The notes beneath the pieces are model-generated. The model was not told the DNA's origin. It saw only the letters and a program-made list of their open reading frames with translations, and did no database searches. Source: an archaeon (GTDB lineage Archaea > Iainarchaeota > Iainarchaeia > Iainarchaeales > 1-14-0-10-31-34). Taken from it: a stretch of DNA of 64,000 nt. Location of the stretch: contig JAJRVL010000005.1 in the NCBI GenBank assembly GCA_024277355.1, positions 24,428 through 88,427 of the forward strand, in the 5' to 3' direction. Each line of letters starts with the position of its first letter. The stretch's first letter is position 1. The position numbers were made by a program, and so were the translations under genes. This document shows, in pieces, positions 60,487-64,000 of the stretch.

Positions 60487-61914
60487 TTAATTGCTTTGTT
60501 TTAATTCTTTTGGAATCCATAAATCTGTTTTGTAAATTATTATTGTTATTACTGCACCAATTACGGCAGAAAAAAGTAATGAATACCATATTCCTTTTAG
60601 TCCATAAATTTCTTTTAAGAAAAAAGATAAAATAACAATTAAAATCCAGTATCCTGCTGTCATTAACATTGAAAGAAAAGTATTTCCTGCTCCTTGAAAA
60701 CCTGAAGAAATAGTCATTAAAATTCATCTGAAAGGATAAGAAAAAGCAGCAATTGACAAATATACTAATCCAATTGAAATCACTTCTTTATCTGCAGAAA
60801 ATAATTTAAAAAACGGTTCAGGAAACAAAACAAATATTACTGCAACAATTCCCATTAAAAAAGCTGAAATTGCAGTGGAATAAAAAATTGTTTTTTTTGC
60901 TCTTTCAAGTTTTTTTGCGCCAATATTCTGTCCAACCATTGCAATTGTAGCACTAATTAATCCAATTACCGGCAGAATTGCAATTGAATCCAATCTTGTT
61001 CCAATTCCATAAGCTGCAATTGATAATACTCCAAAAACTCCTACAAAACTCATTATAACAGTTAAACCCAAAGAAATAGTTAAATGCCCAATAGAAGCAG
61101 GAGCCCCCAAAAAAATTATTTTTTTCATTATTCTTAAATCAAAAGAGAAATCTTTTGGATTAATTTTAATTAAACCTCTTCCTTTTAAAATATAAAAAAT
61201 ATTTAGTCCTGCACCAACACTTCTGGATAAAACAGTTGCTAATGCAGCCCCAAAAATCCCTAAAGCAGGAAAACCAAACAATCCAAAAATCAGTATTGGA
61301 TCTAAAATAATATTTAACATAACACTTATTGCCATATTAATCATTGGGGTTTTTGAATCTCCTTCAGCCTGCATTATTCCTTGTGAAATAAATCCAATAA
61401 ACAAAAAAATAAATCCAATAAAAATTGTGTTAGAATAAAGCAAAGTTAATTCAAGTATTTCAGGAGTTGCCCCCATAAAAACAAAAATTGGTTTTCCAAA
61501 AATAATTCCTAAAACAGCAATAATTATTCCAATAACTCCAGACAGCATTAAAGAATGCTCTGCAATATTATTAGCTTTAGAATAATTTTTTGCCCCAACT
61601 GCCTGCGCAACTAAAGTAGTTGAACCAACACTTAAACCTGAAGCAAAAGCAATGAAAATAAATACAACAGGAAAAGTTATTGCAACAGCAGCTAAAGCTT
61701 CAGTTCCAAGCATCCCGATAAAAATTGTGTCAATTACATTAAAGGCTGTCTGCAAAAGCATGCCAAGCATTATTGGCAAAGCTAAAAAAATTAATGTTTT
61801 AAAAATGCTTCCTTCAGTTAAATTATTTTTTTTCTTAATAAAAATCAACTCTAAAATAAAAAGTGAAAATATTATGTATAATTTAGGCTTGCCTAAGTAC
61901 TTGCTGAAGAACAA
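60487..61914 (-). CDS. MATE-family efflux transporter interrupted by an in-frame TGA (60724-60726)
   Basis: The 396-aa N-terminal part has 10+ TM helices. The in-frame continuation ILMTISSGFQGAGNTF...WIP supplies the missing last helices and the conserved G.LRGAGDT-like motif. Confidence 0.75.
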
Positions 61915-61955
61915 ATGCTACAATTCATTTTTATTTCTTTTCTTCTTTTCCTTTA

Positions 61956-63680
61956 ATGATTTTAATGAAAGATTTTGTTAACTGGAAAATCGGCGGAGAA
62001 GCAGGATATGGAATTCTTTCTGTTGGCGTAATGTTTGGCAAGTTCTGTACAAGAAACGGATTATTTGCTTTTAATTCAAGTGAATTTCCTTCTTTAGTTA
62101 GAGGCGGGCATAACACAGTCCAGTTAATTGTAAAAAAAACTCCTGCTCTTTCTCAGTATTTTGAAGTTAATCTTTTAGTTGCATTAAATGCTGAAACAAT
62201 TGAAAAGCATTTAAATGAATTAAGCTCTGATGCAGCAATAATTTTTGACGGAAAAGAAATTGACATAAAAAAATATAAGACAAAAAAATCTCATGTATTA
62301 ATTGATATTCCTTTAACTGAAATTGCAGTAAGGCATGGAAAAAAAATTATGAGGAATACGGTTTCTTTAGGGGCGTCAATTGCATTGCTTGGATTGGAAT
62401 TTGATAAACTAGAACAATTAATCAAAGAAGCTTTTGCAGGAAAAAAAGATGCATTAATTCCAATTAATATTGCTGCAGCAAAAGAAGGATTTAATTTTAT
62501 TAAAAACAGGAATATTAAATTTAATTATCAATTAAAAGAACAAAAACAAAAAAACCATATTTTCATTAATGCAAATGATGCTTTTTCTTTAGGTGCAGTT
62601 AAATCAGGATTAAAGTTTGTTGCAGAATATCCTATGACTCCTTCTTCTTCAATTCTTTCTTTTATGGCTGCGCATGAATTGCAGTATGATATTGTTGTAA
62701 AACAGACTGAAGATGAAATTGCGGCAATGAATATGATTATTGGAGGAGGTTTTGCTGGAGCAAGAAGTTTAACTGCAACTTCTGGCGGAGGATTTTCTTT
62801 AATGGTTGAAGCTTTAGGTTTAGCCGGAATGACTGAAACTCCTGCTGTTGTAGTTGAATCTCAAAGACCCGGTCCTTCAACAGGACTTCCAACAATGACT
62901 GAACAAGGAGACTTAATGTTTGCATTAAATGCTTCTCAAGGCGAATTTCCTAGAATGATTATTGCTCCAGGAGATGTAACTGAAGCATTTGAAGCAGGAT
63001 TAAATTCATTTAATTTTGCAGAAAAATATCAATTATTAGTATTAGTTTTACTGGATAAATATATTTCTGAAGGAAATACAACTGTAAAAGAATTTGATTA
63101 CAGTAAATTCAAGATTAACAGAGGAAAACTTTTAACTAAAGCCCCAAAAAATTACTTAAGATATGCTTTTACTTCAGATGGAATTTCTCCAAGAGTTTTA
63201 CCCGGAACTTTAGGAACAGTTTACAAAGCAAACGGAGATGAACACAATGAAAAAGGAGTTTCAGATGAAAGCGAAGAAAACAGAATTAAAATGATGAATA
63301 AAAGAATGAAAAAATTAGATGTATTAAAAAAAGAACTGCCTGAACCAAAATTATACGGAGACAAAAACGCAAAAATTTCTTTGATTGCATGGGGTTCAAC
63401 TAAAGGAATAATTCTTGAAGCAATAAATGAACTGCAAAAACAAAAAATAAAAGTTAATTTTTTGCATTATAATTATGTTTTTCCATTAAAAGAAAAAAAA
63501 TTACTTGAATTAATAAAGAAATCAAAAAAAGTTTTATTAGTTGAAAATAATATGACTTCCCAGTTTGGAAAATTAATTGCACAAGAAACAGGAATTTTAT
63601 TTAAAAACAAATTATTGAAATATACAGGAAGACAGTTTTATCCGCATGAAATTGTTAATGCAGTGAGGAAATTAAAATGA
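61956..63680 (+). CDS. korA: 2-oxoacid:ferredoxin oxidoreductase, fused gamma-alpha subunit (KorA/PorA-type)
   Basis: N-terminal gamma-like domain (KIGGEAGYGILSVGV...GGHNTVQ) followed by an alpha domain (EYPMTPSSSIL, ATSGGGFSLM). Confidence 0.85.
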   Translation: MILMKDFVNWKIGGEAGYGILSVGVMFGKFCTRNGLFAFNSSEFPSLVRGGHNTVQLIVKKTPALSQYFEVNLLVALNAETIEKHLNELSSDAAIIFDGKEIDIKKYKTKKSHVLIDIPLTEIAVRHGKKIMRNTVSLGASIALLGLEFDKLEQLIKEAFAGKKDALIPINIAAAKEGFNFIKNRNIKFNYQLKEQKQKNHIFINANDAFSLGAVKSGLKFVAEYPMTPSSSILSFMAAHELQYDIVVKQTEDEIAAMNMIIGGGFAGARSLTATSGGGFSLMVEALGLAGMTETPAVVVESQRPGPSTGLPTMTEQGDLMFALNASQGEFPRMIIAPGDVTEAFEAGLNSFNFAEKYQLLVLVLLDKYISEGNTTVKEFDYSKFKINRGKLLTKAPKNYLRYAFTSDGISPRVLPGTLGTVYKANGDEHNEKGVSDESEENRIKMMNKRMKKLDVLKKELPEPKLYGDKNAKISLIAWGSTKGIILEAINELQKQKIKVNFLHYNYVFPLKEKKLLELIKKSKKVLLVENNMTSQFGKLIAQETGILFKNKLLKYTGRQFYPHEIVNAVRKLK

Positions 63681-64000
63681 CTGAATTAAAAGACTTAAAT
63701 ACAAAAGAAATTCCAACCTGGTGTCCTGGTTGCGGAGACTTTATGATTTTAGCTTCAATTAAAAAAGCTGTTGCAGACATGAACTTAAATCCAAGTGAAG
63801 TAGTAGTAGTTTCAGGAATTGGCTGTTCAGCAGGACTGCCGCACTGGATTGAAACTTATGGTTTTCATTCAATTCACGGAAGAGCTATTCCTGTTGCAAC
63901 AGGAATAAAATTAGCTAACCATGGATTAACTGTTATTGTTGTTTCAGGAGACGGAGACGGATATGGGATTGGATTAAATCATTTAATTCATGCAATGAGA
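63677..64000 (+). CDS. korB: 2-oxoacid:ferredoxin oxidoreductase beta subunit (TPP-binding), 5' partial at the window end
   Basis: WCPGCGDFMIL...GIGCS...VIVVSGDGDGYGIG TPP-binding motifs. The ATG overlaps the korA TGA (ATGA). Confidence 0.85.
   Translation, partial: MTELKDLNTKEIPTWCPGCGDFMILASIKKAVADMNLNPSEVVVVSGIGCSAGLPHWIETYGFHSIHGRAIPVATGIKLANHGLTVIVVSGDGDGYGIGLNHLIHAMR

Noticed and set aside
60724-60726. Possibility that TGA is decoded as an amino acid (code 4/25-like), which would make the MATE gene intact
   Set aside because: TGA is used as a bona fide stop with ATGA stop/start overlaps at L5/S14 (29181-29184), L4/L23 (35124-35127) and korA/korB (63677-63680).
60470-60727. 85-aa ORF overlapping the MATE C-terminal continuation in another frame
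   Set aside because: The in-frame continuation (60487..60717) reproduces the MATE C-terminal motifs, so this overlapping frame is spurious.

Overview
The window is a strongly AT-rich archaeal contig, roughly 25-30% GC by eye. Gene content and order fit a small-genome, DPANN-like archaeon: archaeal/eukaryal-type r-proteins (L7Ae, S28e, L24e, S6e, S4e, L32e, L19e, L30e, L34e, L14e, L18e), a split RNAP B subunit (B''/B'), aIF2-gamma, aIF5B, aEF1A, aEF2, and an intron-containing tRNA. Shine-Dalgarno motifs (GGAGG/GGTGA) are common, and TGA and TAA are used as true stops. About 90% of the coding is on the minus strand, in conserved translation/transcription superoperons: (1) kae1-GNAT-sua5, then S24e-spt4-rpoE'-PIN-eIF2g-S6e-aIF5B-dut-ndk-L24e-S28e-L7Ae. 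(2) GluRS, TrmB, IDI-2, Memo. (3) S2-rpoN-S9-L13-L18e-tRNA-Leu(intron)-rpoD-S11-S4-S13-L14e. (4) cmk-L34e-DUF106-secY-L15-L30-S5-L18-L19e-L32e-L6-S8-S14-L5-S4e-L24-L14-S17-Rpp29-SUI1-L29-S3-L22-S19-L2-L23-L4-L3. (5) A large repetitive surface protein, rtcB-archease, then S10-EF1A-[unknown plus-strand gene]-EF2-S7-S12-nusA-L30e-rpoA''-A'-B'-B''-H. (6) An accessory region at 55.9-64 kb with HTH-ribK, a lipoprotein-like protein, a K/E/Q-rich repeat protein, a tandemly duplicated two-gene membrane module, uppP, a RelE/RHH toxin-antitoxin pair, a MATE transporter and a 2-oxoacid:ferredoxin oxidoreductase (alpha, plus a partial beta). Most notable: three conserved genes are disrupted (in-frame TAA in GluRS, -1 frameshift at an A8 run in cmk, in-frame TGA in MATE). 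Two paralogous basic proteins of unrecognisable family sit antisense inside translation gene clusters. K/E-rich tails decorate many r-proteins, and S9 and L32e share an exact ~50-nt DNA repeat in their N-terminal extensions. The duplicated membrane module carries an identical ~45-nt tract.
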